A stretch of 64,000 bases of DNA, taken from contig JAUCBJ010008361.1 of assembly GCA_032718475.1 (NCBI GenBank), forward strand, positions 1 through 64,000, given 5' to 3'. The notes under the pieces are model-generated. The model searched no databases, was not told the DNA's origin, and was given only the letters and a program-made list of their open reading frames with translations. Numbering within the stretch: the first letter of the stretch is position 1; every line of letters starts with the position of its first letter. Below are positions 45,476 to 57,235 of the stretch, one piece after another. The DNA is from Nemertoderma westbladi (Eukaryota; Animalia; Xenacoelomorpha). Position numbers and translations under genes: made by a program.

Positions 45476-47653
45476 TTATTGCAGTAAGCAATAAGGTTGC
45501 AAAATACCGTAGTGACCGGTAAAACTGAACCGGTACTTCTGTAGGTCAGTAGGCCTAACTGTCATCACCGGTACCGGTACTGCTGTACAAGTACATTTAG
45601 TATTATTTCGATTGTGATCTATTGTATATTGTAGGCTGCCAGGGGAATAGGGATTGATCACCCCTCATTCTTTTGTATAGTTTACTTATTTCTGTCGGTT
45701 TTATTTACTAGTAGGCTAATATTGAGCAGAAGGCGTGTGACCCTGCTCAGATTGTTCAGTAATTGTAGGCTGAACTGCTGTCTGACTGTGTTGAGTTTGG
45801 AGAGATTACGGCGTGTGTAGAGTTTGTCTGATAAAGTGCCGTTAGTAAGTTGGGGCAGCCATATGCGGTAAGGTCAATCCCCTCTTAAAGAATAAGTCGT
45901 ACTACCGTGTTAGAACGCATACTAACTAACAGTTTCAGAGTCTGCATATACTGTAGTTTATTTAGGCTTGATCGTAGTCTGCCAGTGTTTTAGCCTGTGT
46001 TTGTTTGTGTGGTCTGTTCAGGTACCGTAATAGTTATTACTCAGATATTTTGTAGGCTAGATTGTTGTCTAACTATTCTTAGGCCTGAAGGGATTGCTGC
46101 GTGTGTAGAGTTGGTCTGATAAAGTGCCGTTAGTAAGTTGGGGCAGCCATATGCGGTAAGGTCAATCCCCTCTTAAAGAGTAAGTCGTACTACCGTGTTA
46201 GAACGCATACTAACTAACAGTTTCAGAATCTGCACATACTGTAGTTTGTTTAGGCTTGATAGTAGTCTGCCAGCGTTTGGTTTGTATTTTTGTTTGAGTA
46301 TTCTGTACGGGTAGCGTAATATTTATTATTCAGAGTTTATGCGATTATTCGCAACATTCATGTCCCCAAGTTTATTCCTACAGTAATTGTGCTTGTTATA
46401 CATACCATTATAGTTAAACTAACCCCGGTACTACATCAGGGCTGCTCGGCGTAGGTAAAGACTGGAGATTTTGTGCTTCGGTCACTCCAGCAGATGCCGT
46501 GGTTCTTTTAACTGTTCAAGTATATTTAACTACTGATTATTTGTTATACCAGTACTTGTACCTAATTTAGGGTTTAGTGTACAGTGCTTTCCGAAGTAAT
46601 TAGTGTAGGCAGTATATTTGTGTTGTAAAGTGGTTGATAGGCACATTCGTTAGCTCTATTAGCTTCTGGGTAGGAACAATCCGTGATACATAACGTAGTA
46701 CCTATAGCGATACGGCTATAGGTCGTCAGGCGGTGGTATTTTCCTATCTGGACAGTGCAATATATTTACTACTACTTATTATTTCAAATACCGTAGTACC
46801 CTGTCCGTTGTAATAACCAGAATTCTAACCCTTTGTTGAGCTGGTTTGTAGACTTCCTGTAAAATTACCCTAAAAAATTTCGTACGTAATATTTTGTTGT
46901 GTTTTAATTAGAGAATTAATCTCACCCATATCGTAAGTAATTTGTAGTATTAAGTAACTTAGGTAAATTAGAATTATCAGTTTTAGTGTCAAATAAATAG
47001 CACTTCACTGAGAGCGCACAGCTTCTGTGTAGTGACCCCCCAGAAATAATAACATTTATTTCAAATATTGACAAAAACCCATTTAAACGGGTATATATCT
47101 ATTATAAATCAACTCAAACGATTTATAAATAGTAGGCCTGCCAGACAACAACTAGGTCTCAATATCAATTGGACTACTGCTTAAATAACGGTAATAAAGT
47201 AAGTTAAAGTCTGAAAGTAACCAAGTAACCCTAAAATATTCAGAAATTCAATTATTCTAAAATAATTGACATACCGGTATTTACCATAGGCTTATTATAT
47301 TTATTTCTATAAATTTGAGCTGAAATCATACCGGTATTCTGTAATTAATTCTAGTAATAATTATACTTATATATACTATAAGTGTCAGCTGTATACCGGT
47401 ATTCACGATAGGCCTATTATATATTTATATATATTTGTGCTAAAATTATATACCGGTACTCTGTGACAAATCTAGTCTGTAATAATACTTATATATATAT
47501 TATAAGCATACCGGTATTCTAATATATTATATATATATCACGCTACACTGAGTAGCAGTATCGGTAATTAATTATTAGGCTAACAGTGATACTGAATTAC
47601 TAGACTTGCTTTAACTGTAATATAGCAGTAGGCATTCGACTGTACAATCAAAC

Positions 47654-50600
47654 ATGGCTGACACAAGGCAAACTCTGTCAGATAGTCTTTTAGAAACAAC
47701 AGCCTGTTTCTCAGATAAAAGTGTAGAGAATCCCAGACCGAGGGCTGAGACCCCTCCTACTGTAAGAAGGGCAACCCCTGCAGTAGTTGTGTCAGAACCT
47801 AGGTTGGTAGAAGCGATTTCGCAATTTGCGAAGTTAGTGAAGCGCCGTAGGTCTGCCATAGGCACTCGGGACCAAGTTAAGCGGGATCAGGAAGCAGCTG
47901 TCAAACAGCAGCGACATCCTAGCCAAGAACCTAGTTCCCAGCAGCCCGATAGCTCCAGTAGTTCGGAGACTGTTGAGCGGACGCCCGAACGCGGAGCGAA
48001 GATGGCGGATACGGTTTATGATGACCGGCCAACCTTTGAAGAATCAACCGACGCCACTTCTTCTCAAGTGGAAAGCGAAGTGGAAAGCGAAGTGGAAAGC
48101 CAAGTGGAAAGCGAAGTGGAAAGCGAAGTGGAAAGCGAATTAACAGCAGCAGAGAAGCCACGAACTAGAGATGCCATTGACATCTATCTGTCAGACTATC
48201 AGCGATTTGTAGGAGACGAAGAGTTGAGGAGACGACTGTCTGGACTTCGCCCTAATAGTGAAGGAACCAAGCTTGTGTTAGACGCAATCGATGCGGAAAT
48301 GTTAGCTGCAAACAAAGCTAAATTTGATGAACAACTCCGCATCACTAGAGTCCAAGAAGAACAAGTAAAGAGAAAACTAATCGAAAGCAGAAAGACAGCA
48401 GCAGCGGCAGTGGCAGAAGCAGACAGAAAGGCGGCAGAAGCAATAGCAGAAGCAATAGCAGAAGCAGACAGAAAAGCGGCAGCGGCAGTGGAAGCAGCAA
48501 AAGCAGCAGCAGCAATGGCATTGGCAGAAGCAGAACAGAGAGCGTCTGAAGAGACCACCCAAATGGAGTTGGAAAATCTTCAAGAGACGCAAGACAGCAT
48601 AAATAAACAGTTAACTGCTAGTCAAATGCAGATGATGAGTCGATCTACTCCCAAACGCCAAGGATACACATCATCGGAGGAAGGCGAGACCACCGATCCT
48701 GAAGGCAGAGGAAATAGATCTCGTCTCAGTAGGCGTAGAAAGACATCTCACCGTCATAAATTGCCCGATTTGCCCCCCGCTGTTAGAAGACAAATAGCTA
48801 GCACAGACTTAAGTAGTACAGAACCCACAGACCAAATTATTACCGTAAATAGACTCCCTACTATAGTAGATGAGCCGGAAATAGTTAGGCCTGTCGTTCC
48901 CAAAGTCACTCCTGTGCTAGAGACCCCTGTACTTCCAGAACTTAATTATAAATTCCCTTTACACAGTACTACACTGCCTGTACCCGGTGGAACAGTCCAA
49001 GAGAATATCCCTGTCCAGATAGCAGAGAGAGAAATCAAAAATTTGTCTCCCGTCGTCCCGCGTCAGCCCGCTACTATGTTGGCGACTCCCGCTTCGGCGG
49101 TTGAGTGGGTGGAAGAGGGACGGCGGGGGATGAATCTCCTGCTAGGACAGATGCAGGAGACTGTCCACCAACTTAAGGGAACAGTGAGGGAAGGTAGAGC
49201 AGAGTTGCAAGAAGTGCAGCAAAGTATCGCGCTAGAACGCGACAAATTAGTCAATATACAAAAGGGCATACCAATACCCCCTGTAACATTGTGTCAACCT
49301 GTTAGGTCTGAAGTATTACATGCGCAAGGTGTGGAGCCTACACGCATCTATACTGCTAGTGAAGTTGAAACTCCTATAGCAAACCCTATTAAGGGTGATT
49401 ATAGACCTGTTATTAATGATATTCCCTATAGATCTGATAATGATCCGAGAACTTTATATACCGATAATTCGATATTAAATAACACGATGGCCCAAGAAAG
49501 CTTTACGCGTCAGATGGCTAGAACAGAAGCCCGCCAAGCGGTCAAAGTGGGAGAGATCGTCAAATTCAATGGAGATGAGATGAAATGGTTACTTTTCAAC
49601 GAATATTACAAAGATAGCATACAGAACTCTGTACTATCTAACGGAGAGAAACTTAGATTCCTCATCAAGTGCTTGGAAGGACCTCCCAAGTTAATGGCGT
49701 TAAAGTTTATTGGACATCCAGATGGATTAAGACAAGTTTGGGATACATTAAACATCAGGTATGGTAACAAGGATAACATAGCTAAGTATTTGTATGCAAA
49801 ATTAGTAGCCCCCCGACACTTCCTTAGTAGCGGGATTATAGAGTTTTCCGATGAAATTCAAGAGATCTGTAGACAACTGGACTGGTTAGGTAAGTCGCAT
49901 GAATATCAGAGTTCCATGGTCATTGGAGCCGTAGTCTCTACTTTACCAAAGGGTGGAGTATGTACGCGCTGGGACAAGAAAGTGTTGTACATGAATGAAC
50001 AACAACGCAGAAGCCCTACCATGGCTGATCTCATGTCCTTCTTAGATAGTGAAGTAAAATTACAACTCATAAGGCAGTCCAGAGAGAAAACATCGGAAAA
50101 TAAGGTAAGTGAGAAACCCGTTTCTAGGAGAAGGATAATACCAGTGTGTTATACTGACGACGGCGAAAGCCAAGCTTCTCAAGAAGAGGACAGCGGGAAA
50201 GACACCGAACGATCTTACTATGACAACAAGACCTATAAAGACGTAAGTAAATACAAGTCTCGAACCAGTGACAGGAGAGAACAGGTAACAACAACTCCTC
50301 CTACGTCTCCTAAGAGAATTCACGGAAGAAAGCCCGAAGAAAGAACGAGAGTGCAGAACGTTAACCAAGTTAAGGTGAGTAACATCAAACCAAAATGTGC
50401 GCTGTGCGACGGGCCCCACCGTTTGAGTGCGTGTGCAGAATTCCTAAAGAAATCCCTGGCAGATAGACGTGGAGTCCTGTGGGATAAGCGGTTATGTTAT
50501 AACTGTCTCAGACGCGGACACCAGCGGCGAACCTGTTACTCTGACGCAAGGTGTGCTAAGTGCGGCGCGAAACATCATAGCTTGCTGCACACGGAATTCG

Positions 50601-51829
50601 AACGAAACAGCCCGAGTCAGGTAAGTGAGCCCAAATCACATGTCCAATTCAGTGATGTGAACGACACTGACCAAAGTTCTGAGTGGGAAGGATTCTATAC
50701 GGACGAATTCTCCGATGCCAACGAATCCTGTTATCTAATAAATACCGCAGTGTATCGAGCACTTACGTACGAAAAAGACACCGACACGGAGTTCCCCCCA
50801 ACCACCTTTGACAAACAACCATCTTGGAAAGCTCCAGCTTCCAACGTAGGAATCAGAGAATTTCCTGTAGTGCAAGTTCGAGTTCATGGTCCCAACAAGA
50901 GTTACATAGTGAACGCCCTACTTGACTCTGGCAGCACAGGAACATTCATCGATCAAGAACTAGCCGAAGATATCTTTGCTGGACAACCCAAGTTCCGGAC
51001 TAAATTGAATATGTCAGGAATTATACAGGTTTGGAAATCTACCATAACGGCAGATTACTATGTAGGTGCGTTGTCCACCCCCCAGGATAAATTAGGAGCA
51101 CAAAGTATAAGGTCAGTAAAAATGGTGGCTATAAAGAACTTCGCTACTACCCAAGCAGACCTTTATAATTGGGACGAGGATGAGAGCATCCAACATCTTA
51201 AGATACCTCGATTCCAGACAGATTATCCTGGAGTGCAAATACTCATCGGCCAAAACGCGCATGAGGCGCTAGAGACATTGGAGAAACGGCCTGCTCAACC
51301 ACAGCCACTACAAACCTATGCGGTAAGAACTAGAGTAGGTTGGTACTTCACTGGCCCTTCCCTTAGAACTCTCAAAGAGAGATTACCTCAACAACAGGTA
51401 TACCAAGTAAAGGAATGGGAAGTGGAGAGCAGTGATGTGGACGATCCAACTGAGGGAACACCATACTCCTCAGATAATGACGATATTAACTCCAATGTAG
51501 ATCAATGGAGACATTGCCTTGGGACGATTAATCCAGCCGACATCGCTTCCAGAGGAGCAACTCCTCAAGAACTGATAGATACTCCAGGCTGGTTAGGTGG
51601 ATCCGACTCCTTAAGTAAAGAAGAAGAAGAATGGCCTCCTCATCCTACCACGGCAGAAATTAGACAGGCCAAGGGAGCGGAGAAAGTAACACAACAACTC
51701 AATCGCCCAGCTAGTCGTTTATGTTTACTGGAAAGAGACCGAAAACTGTCCGAAAACTATGGAAGGCAAGATACTCTTCCTACGACTACTTCCCTAATCC
51801 GGCAAATATCTAGGGACTCCATAACGTGA
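47654..51829 (+). CDS. BEL/Pao Gag-protease of copy C (1391 aa); no RT or integrase
   Basis: Homologous to 8739-13760 with the same Zn knuckles and ALLDSGS; NPADIASRG...WLGG...WP relic and RPASRLCLLE end. Confidence 0.93.
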   Translation: MADTRQTLSDSLLETTACFSDKSVENPRPRAETPPTVRRATPAVVVSEPRLVEAISQFAKLVKRRRSAIGTRDQVKRDQEAAVKQQRHPSQEPSSQQPDSSSSSETVERTPERGAKMADTVYDDRPTFEESTDATSSQVESEVESEVESQVESEVESEVESELTAAEKPRTRDAIDIYLSDYQRFVGDEELRRRLSGLRPNSEGTKLVLDAIDAEMLAANKAKFDEQLRITRVQEEQVKRKLIESRKTAAAAVAEADRKAAEAIAEAIAEADRKAAAAVEAAKAAAAMALAEAEQRASEETTQMELENLQETQDSINKQLTASQMQMMSRSTPKRQGYTSSEEGETTDPEGRGNRSRLSRRRKTSHRHKLPDLPPAVRRQIASTDLSSTEPTDQIITVNRLPTIVDEPEIVRPVVPKVTPVLETPVLPELNYKFPLHSTTLPVPGGTVQENIPVQIAEREIKNLSPVVPRQPATMLATPASAVEWVEEGRRGMNLLLGQMQETVHQLKGTVREGRAELQEVQQSIALERDKLVNIQKGIPIPPVTLCQPVRSEVLHAQGVEPTRIYTASEVETPIANPIKGDYRPVINDIPYRSDNDPRTLYTDNSILNNTMAQESFTRQMARTEARQAVKVGEIVKFNGDEMKWLLFNEYYKDSIQNSVLSNGEKLRFLIKCLEGPPKLMALKFIGHPDGLRQVWDTLNIRYGNKDNIAKYLYAKLVAPRHFLSSGIIEFSDEIQEICRQLDWLGKSHEYQSSMVIGAVVSTLPKGGVCTRWDKKVLYMNEQQRRSPTMADLMSFLDSEVKLQLIRQSREKTSENKVSEKPVSRRRIIPVCYTDDGESQASQEEDSGKDTERSYYDNKTYKDVSKYKSRTSDRREQVTTTPPTSPKRIHGRKPEERTRVQNVNQVKVSNIKPKCALCDGPHRLSACAEFLKKSLADRRGVLWDKRLCYNCLRRGHQRRTCYSDARCAKCGAKHHSLLHTEFERNSPSQVSEPKSHVQFSDVNDTDQSSEWEGFYTDEFSDANESCYLINTAVYRALTYEKDTDTEFPPTTFDKQPSWKAPASNVGIREFPVVQVRVHGPNKSYIVNALLDSGSTGTFIDQELAEDIFAGQPKFRTKLNMSGIIQVWKSTITADYYVGALSTPQDKLGAQSIRSVKMVAIKNFATTQADLYNWDEDESIQHLKIPRFQTDYPGVQILIGQNAHEALETLEKRPAQPQPLQTYAVRTRVGWYFTGPSLRTLKERLPQQQVYQVKEWEVESSDVDDPTEGTPYSSDNDDINSNVDQWRHCLGTINPADIASRGATPQELIDTPGWLGGSDSLSKEEEEWPPHPTTAEIRQAKGAEKVTQQLNRPASRLCLLERDRKLSENYGRQDTLPTTTSLIRQISRDSIT

Positions 51830-53447
51830 TAGCATGTGGAGTGGGCGTGTGACTATATCATTTTATATTTGTTTTTATTTTATATTTATGTATGTATTAT
51901 TATGTAATTTTATTATAATCGTTTTCTTTAATTTTATTTAGTAGAATGTTATTTTAGAATATTTAGTAAATTAGTGCAATCTATTAGTGTTTATTACGTA
52001 TTTAATTACTTACAATATATTTAGTGCGACGGCAAGAAATAATTATTTTCTCTTTCCTTACTGTCCGTATTATATTATAAATGCGAGACTATAGTAAGAT
52101 GACATGTCAGTACTTCTTAAAGTACAATAAAGCCACTACTATATTTAAGTATTATTGGTAGGCAGAGTATTAGGAATGCAAAGTTCAGATCCTCGTGTCT
52201 CGGCTAAACCAAGCTCTGGGTAGACCTTGGAAACGACTTGCCTCTTCACACTGACATTGCTTCGTGCGATATTGCTCTTCTACCTTATAACAAATAATAC
52301 ATATAGTAGCGTGATGTCCCTCTAACAGTAGCGTAAATCGCAAATAAATCTGTTAAACTTTTGACCATCTGTAATTCTAGTCGATTAAGATATCGTGGCA
52401 CCCACCGATATACTTGAAAGACAAATTCTAGAATCAGTGGTTAACGTCCCCAGACAAGTTCTGGAATAAATCGGTGCCCATCCTAAATATTAATTAATAT
52501 TTATTAAAATCTGTAAAATCCCGATCCTTCAAAATTTCTAGTCAATTAAGATATCGCAGTATTTACCGATATTCTTAGAAGGACTATTTTATAGAATTAA
52601 GGATCCTAAGTCCCCAGATATGCTCTGGAATAAAATTTGTGTCAATTTAACATCAAATAATAAAATTCACGGGAATAAATTTAAATTCATATTCAAATGA
52701 ATTTCATAAATTGTCATTTTGTGCAATTTATAACATTCCCAAAATTCCAGTAATTAATAGATCATGGGAGCGGAGATTCATATTGAGTGTACTAGAGTGC
52801 GAGAATCTCCAATATATAGTCAATAGCCGATAAAATTTATAAAATCATGCATAAAGAGGATATTGACAATTAAAGAATTACTATTAAATAACATCCCAGA
52901 TCTGTATGCATGAGAATTACCCTAATTCTACCGCTAGTTTTCCATAATGTCACCATGGCAACACCTACGCTAGAATTAGAAGCAAGTTAAAGGAACAATA
53001 AAAAGCTTTCCCCATTGCGTAGCATAAGAGTATACATAGCGCACTATTAGTATCCAAGGATACATAGTAATAACGTGACATTCTGGAAGACACTGACTAA
53101 CGGACAAATGGCATGCATGTGTGCAGTAAGTAATGATTGTATGGAATTTGTGCGTTTATAGGTGAATGTTACTACTAAAGTGTGTTTACAGTAGCTAATC
53201 GCAATTGTAAAATAGCCCTAACTCTACCGAGATAACCTCAAGTGGATTCAAGCCTTTGGGACGGACAGTGGTGGGACTTGTGCCGGTTATCGTTGTCGTG
53301 CTGTTGCTACATGTTGGCGTAAACACTGCGACAGCGGTACATCGGCGCTGAGAAACCCACTGTCCGGGGGCAAAAGCCTAGTAGGCAGCGACGCCCGCTT
53401 GCCTAAATACTAACTCATACTGATATTAATAAACTCAGATAGCAGAT

Positions 53448-54896
53448 ATGACGGAATTGATAGAAGATGACCTTGGTATTAGAGAGCGATATACTCTACC
53501 TTTACAAGCGTTTGTGGATAGCTTGATACGCGGTGAAGCCGATCCAACCATTACGGAGGACGATGGTCGTTATATCGAACCGCCGATGTCCCAAGAGCAA
53601 CTTACGCGTGAATTGGACTATCGAAAATTAACCGCTCGCTATACGCATCGTAATGGTACGTATATGGACTTCCTAACTACCGGCCATCCTATCGATTTAC
53701 ATGATACGGACGATGTAGACACCAAAAGGGAAATGGTTCTATTTAAATATCATACCCAGCGGCGTCGTAACGATAAACCGAGAATAGATCACGAAAATTC
53801 TATTCGTAACAGACTGGGAAGACGAACCAATATGCCTAGAATCTGAGGAGATTCAGCCTATCGCGCCCGGAACAACGACAACGATTACCTCCTAGAATCA
53901 TATCAAGGTCCACAGTGTCTCACTGCGTACGATTATCGCCATGCCAACTATGTTTCTAGGCAACGTTGTCGGTTATGCGCATCGAGAGACCATATTACGT
54001 CTATGGACACCAACGATCTTTGTTCCTATTTCCACGAGCAACCGTCGATGGAAATCTATTGTGCATATTGTCGGCTTAATAATTTGCACATTTTTGCTGT
54101 CTGCCCCCAATTTATGACTCAATGCCATCATTGTCAATTAAAAGGACACGCCAGCTTTGATTGTCCCTTCAACCATGATTTAGAGAGCGTAGATGAAATG
54201 ATTGTACTACGTTATATCAGAGCTTGGGAAGCGAACGCTGATTTACATTGTGATTCACGCCATCGCTATTATCCTGGACGCGCTTACGAAGGAGTTTATG
54301 CGTTCCATCCTTATTTGTTTGCCTCCGTCGAGCAGAAATCGCGCCTATCAAGTTATGAACTATTGAAGCGCGTTGGAGAATGTATTTCAACCAAATATGT
54401 ACGCAAATTTCTCAGGAGCATTAATCCGAGTGACATCCATTCTTACAACTTAATAAACTTTATCCGTCAAGACCCTGCCTATGGAGACTTATTCGTCAAC
54501 TCACACCCTGAGTTACAAGAAGTATATCGACGGCCTTACGAGTACCGAGCCCGCGAACGCGAGTTGGAAAGAACCATTAAACCAAGGAAGTTTCTAACTA
54601 CTTATGGTCCACCCACGGCCCTCGTGCAGACCACTCGTACAGGACCCGTAAGAGCGGCTGTCTTGAAACGAGCTCTCAAAGCCGTTAGACCCCTCTCCCC
54701 GGACGTTGATGTCAATCAACCCGGTACTTCGACCGGCGGATATACCGATCGCAATCCCATACCTTCTGATGCAATCATATTGCACCCTTCACCCAGGAGT
54801 TATAGCCCTCCTCGTAAAGTGGCTCGCCCCAAAGAGAAAAGGACTCTTGCTAGCTTTAAAAAACTGCGTAAACGCCGTCCGCGCAAGAAAGACTAA
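53448..54896 (+). CDS. Second ORF of copy C: about 482-codon Zn-knuckle protein with a basic tail; one in-frame TGA at 53844-53846
   Basis: ORFs 53448-53846 and 54003-54896 share a frame and the 52 codons between them are open; CRLCASRDH, CAYCRLNNLHIFAVC, CHHCQLKGHASFDC; C-terminal KKLRKRRPRKKD. Confidence 0.7.
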
Positions 54897-54974
54897 CTGT
54901 TTAGAGTATTTTTATATTTTAGAAACTATGATTTTGTATATTTTATAGACTTAAATCCCATTTTCTGGGAGCGG

Positions 54975-56193
54975 TGTAAAAGCTTTTGTGGGATAACTGA
55001 TACGTTTGCCTTTGCTGGCCAGTTCCCCCCCAGTCGCTAGAATACTCTCAAAGGGATTTATAACTAAAATAGTGCAAGCTACCAGCTTATTGGCTGATGT
55101 GCTGTACGGAGATATCTGGGCTCAGTTTAATCGGCCAACTAGCTTAGAGAGGTTGCCTTAGCCTTGCTGTTCGTGTCAGCCAATAGAATTTGCGTAGGCG
55201 TTGATTTCGACCTATCCCAGCGCTACTGAACTGAATTTCCTATCTCACTGCTCATCCTCTGTGTTGAACGGGGCTTCGTGGAATAAGAGTTTTTGGTATA
55301 CTCGTATAGTAGTAGTAGTTATATGATTTTATATGATTCTGTTGTTGTGTTCCCATTTTTCGCCATAACACCGGCTTTTTGGGAAGAACTCTAGTAAAAC
55401 TGCTTAAATTATCGAAAGTATAAACTGTTACCTAATTAATCAAACCTAACTCCCGAATCACCGAATCTTAACATACTCACTTAATTTAACTGCATTAATC
55501 ATATTGTTTGTACTGTTATTTTACTGTCAGTTATTAATTGTACCTATTTGTTGATGGAAATATTGCTCTTTGGATAATACGGATAAATCACCCAAATTCC
55601 CAATTTTCTTGATACACTACAGGTTAGAGAGGCGGGCTATATATAACAATTGCGATTTATATTAATGTGGTGTGTATTGAATCTAATGTTATTTAGCAGA
55701 CCCTACATGAGTCAATTGCTGCTCTCTTTATGTGTGATCAAATATACTGACGGTCGGCAGAATAGTGTGTATGATTGTGATTGGTAACAAAGTATTTCCT
55801 AAAGAATACGCTTTATACTTTAATCATAAGCAGTATCGTTGCGTTTAGTATAAGTCCTAGTTCTGTTTAAATAGATAGAGCGCCACGTCCTAAAGGAACT
55901 GTTAATATTTCCCGAAAGCCAATAATATCTGTCAGGAATTAATTATTAACGATCTATCGAATAATACAGTAAGTTTACGCTGCAACCTTACACTGCAATA
56001 ATAAAATTTAAGCATCCGAATTCAGCCTCCCGGGTGTAGATCCATCGGGTGAATGATCGCGCAAGGGCTGACTTCGGCTAATGTTTTGTGTATTAGCATA
56101 AATTGTTGTCGTATGCTAAAGGTGTTTTAATTAACTAAAAGACACATAAATTTTGGCAGGTTAAACTGCTAAAGGTCTTCAAAAGCGCGAACA
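54975..56193 (+). repeat. 3' LTR of copy C (1219 bp)
   Basis: Preceded by CTGGGAGCGG and followed by TSD CAACT. Confidence 0.96.
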
Positions 56194-56198
56194 CAACT

Positions 56199-57235
56199 TT
56201 TGACGAGTTTCCTGTCTTATTGGTCAAATTAGCTGCCCACAGCCTTGCCCCTCACCTAACTTATCTCATTAACCTTTCAATTAAAAATGGATTCTACCCA
56301 GATGCTCTAAAAAAGGCTAAAATAATACCAGTTTTCAAATCCGGAGATCCAACCGATAAAAACAATTACCGCCCGATATCAATATTACCCTTATTCACAA
56401 AGATATATGAACGTGTAGTCAATTCCCAATTACTGACCTTCTTAAACAAATACGACCTGTTATCACCATGTCAACACGGATTTCGTAAACACATAACGAC
56501 AACGGACGCTATTCTTACTGTTACGGAACAACTACAGGAAACACTTGACAACGGTAGCTCTGCATGTTTAATATCAGTAGACTTAAAGAAAGCCTTCGAC
56601 ACCCTACCACATGACATACTACTGAAAAAATTAGATTGTTACGGGATACGGGGACTTCCATTGCAACTTATAGGCAGCTTCTTACATAACCGCTCTCATA
56701 TTGTCTCTATTGATGGTATTACCTCAGAACCAGCTTTGGCCCCTTGCGGTACCCCACAGGGGGCTATATTGTCCCATTTTGTTTCTTATGTACATAAACG
56801 ACTTACCGCTCTGCACAAAACTTTTCACCACACTCTTTGCAGACGACACAACTTTACTCTATTGCCATAGCAATACTGACACACTAATCTCGACAGTCAA
56901 TACGGAACTCTCTAAATTAGACAATTGGCTCATTGACAATAAATTATCCCTAAACCTTAAAAAAACTGAATATATAATCTTTAACAACTCTAGGAACTAT
57001 ATAACACCCAACATCACTATACGATCCACTAATCTTACGGAAACTACCGCCACTAAGTTTTTAGGTATATATATTGATAATAAAATTAACTGGTCGACTC
57101 ATTGTGAATACATACTCTCTAAAATATCCAAATTATCTGGTATTTTCTTCAAATTGCGACACATTTTACCTCTACACATTATGAGAACCCTGTACTTTGC
57201 ACTAGTTCACCCTCACATACTGTACGGAATTTTAA
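56199..57235 (+). pseudogene. LINE ORF2 part 2: reverse transcriptase
   Basis: In frame with part 1 across the TSD; NYRPISILP, QHGFR, DLKKAFD, GTPQGAIL (frameshift near 56770), LFADDT, KFLGI. Confidence 0.9.

Larger units (their letters stand above)
44235..56193 (+). mobile_element. Full-length non-autonomous BEL/Pao LTR element copy C (12.0 kb)
   Basis: LTRs 44235-45458 and 54975-56193, identical by eye except a 5-bp insertion; TSD CAACT (44230-44234, 56194-56198). Confidence 0.96.

Noticed and set aside
53844-53846. Selenocysteine or programmed readthrough at the TGA
   Set aside because: Not in a redox motif and no SECIS recognised; a CGA to TGA mutation in an Arg-rich stretch is simpler.
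54050-54170. Nanos-type zinc finger or envelope gene
   Set aside because: Cys/His spacing fits short knuckles rather than Nanos; no signal peptide or transmembrane helix.
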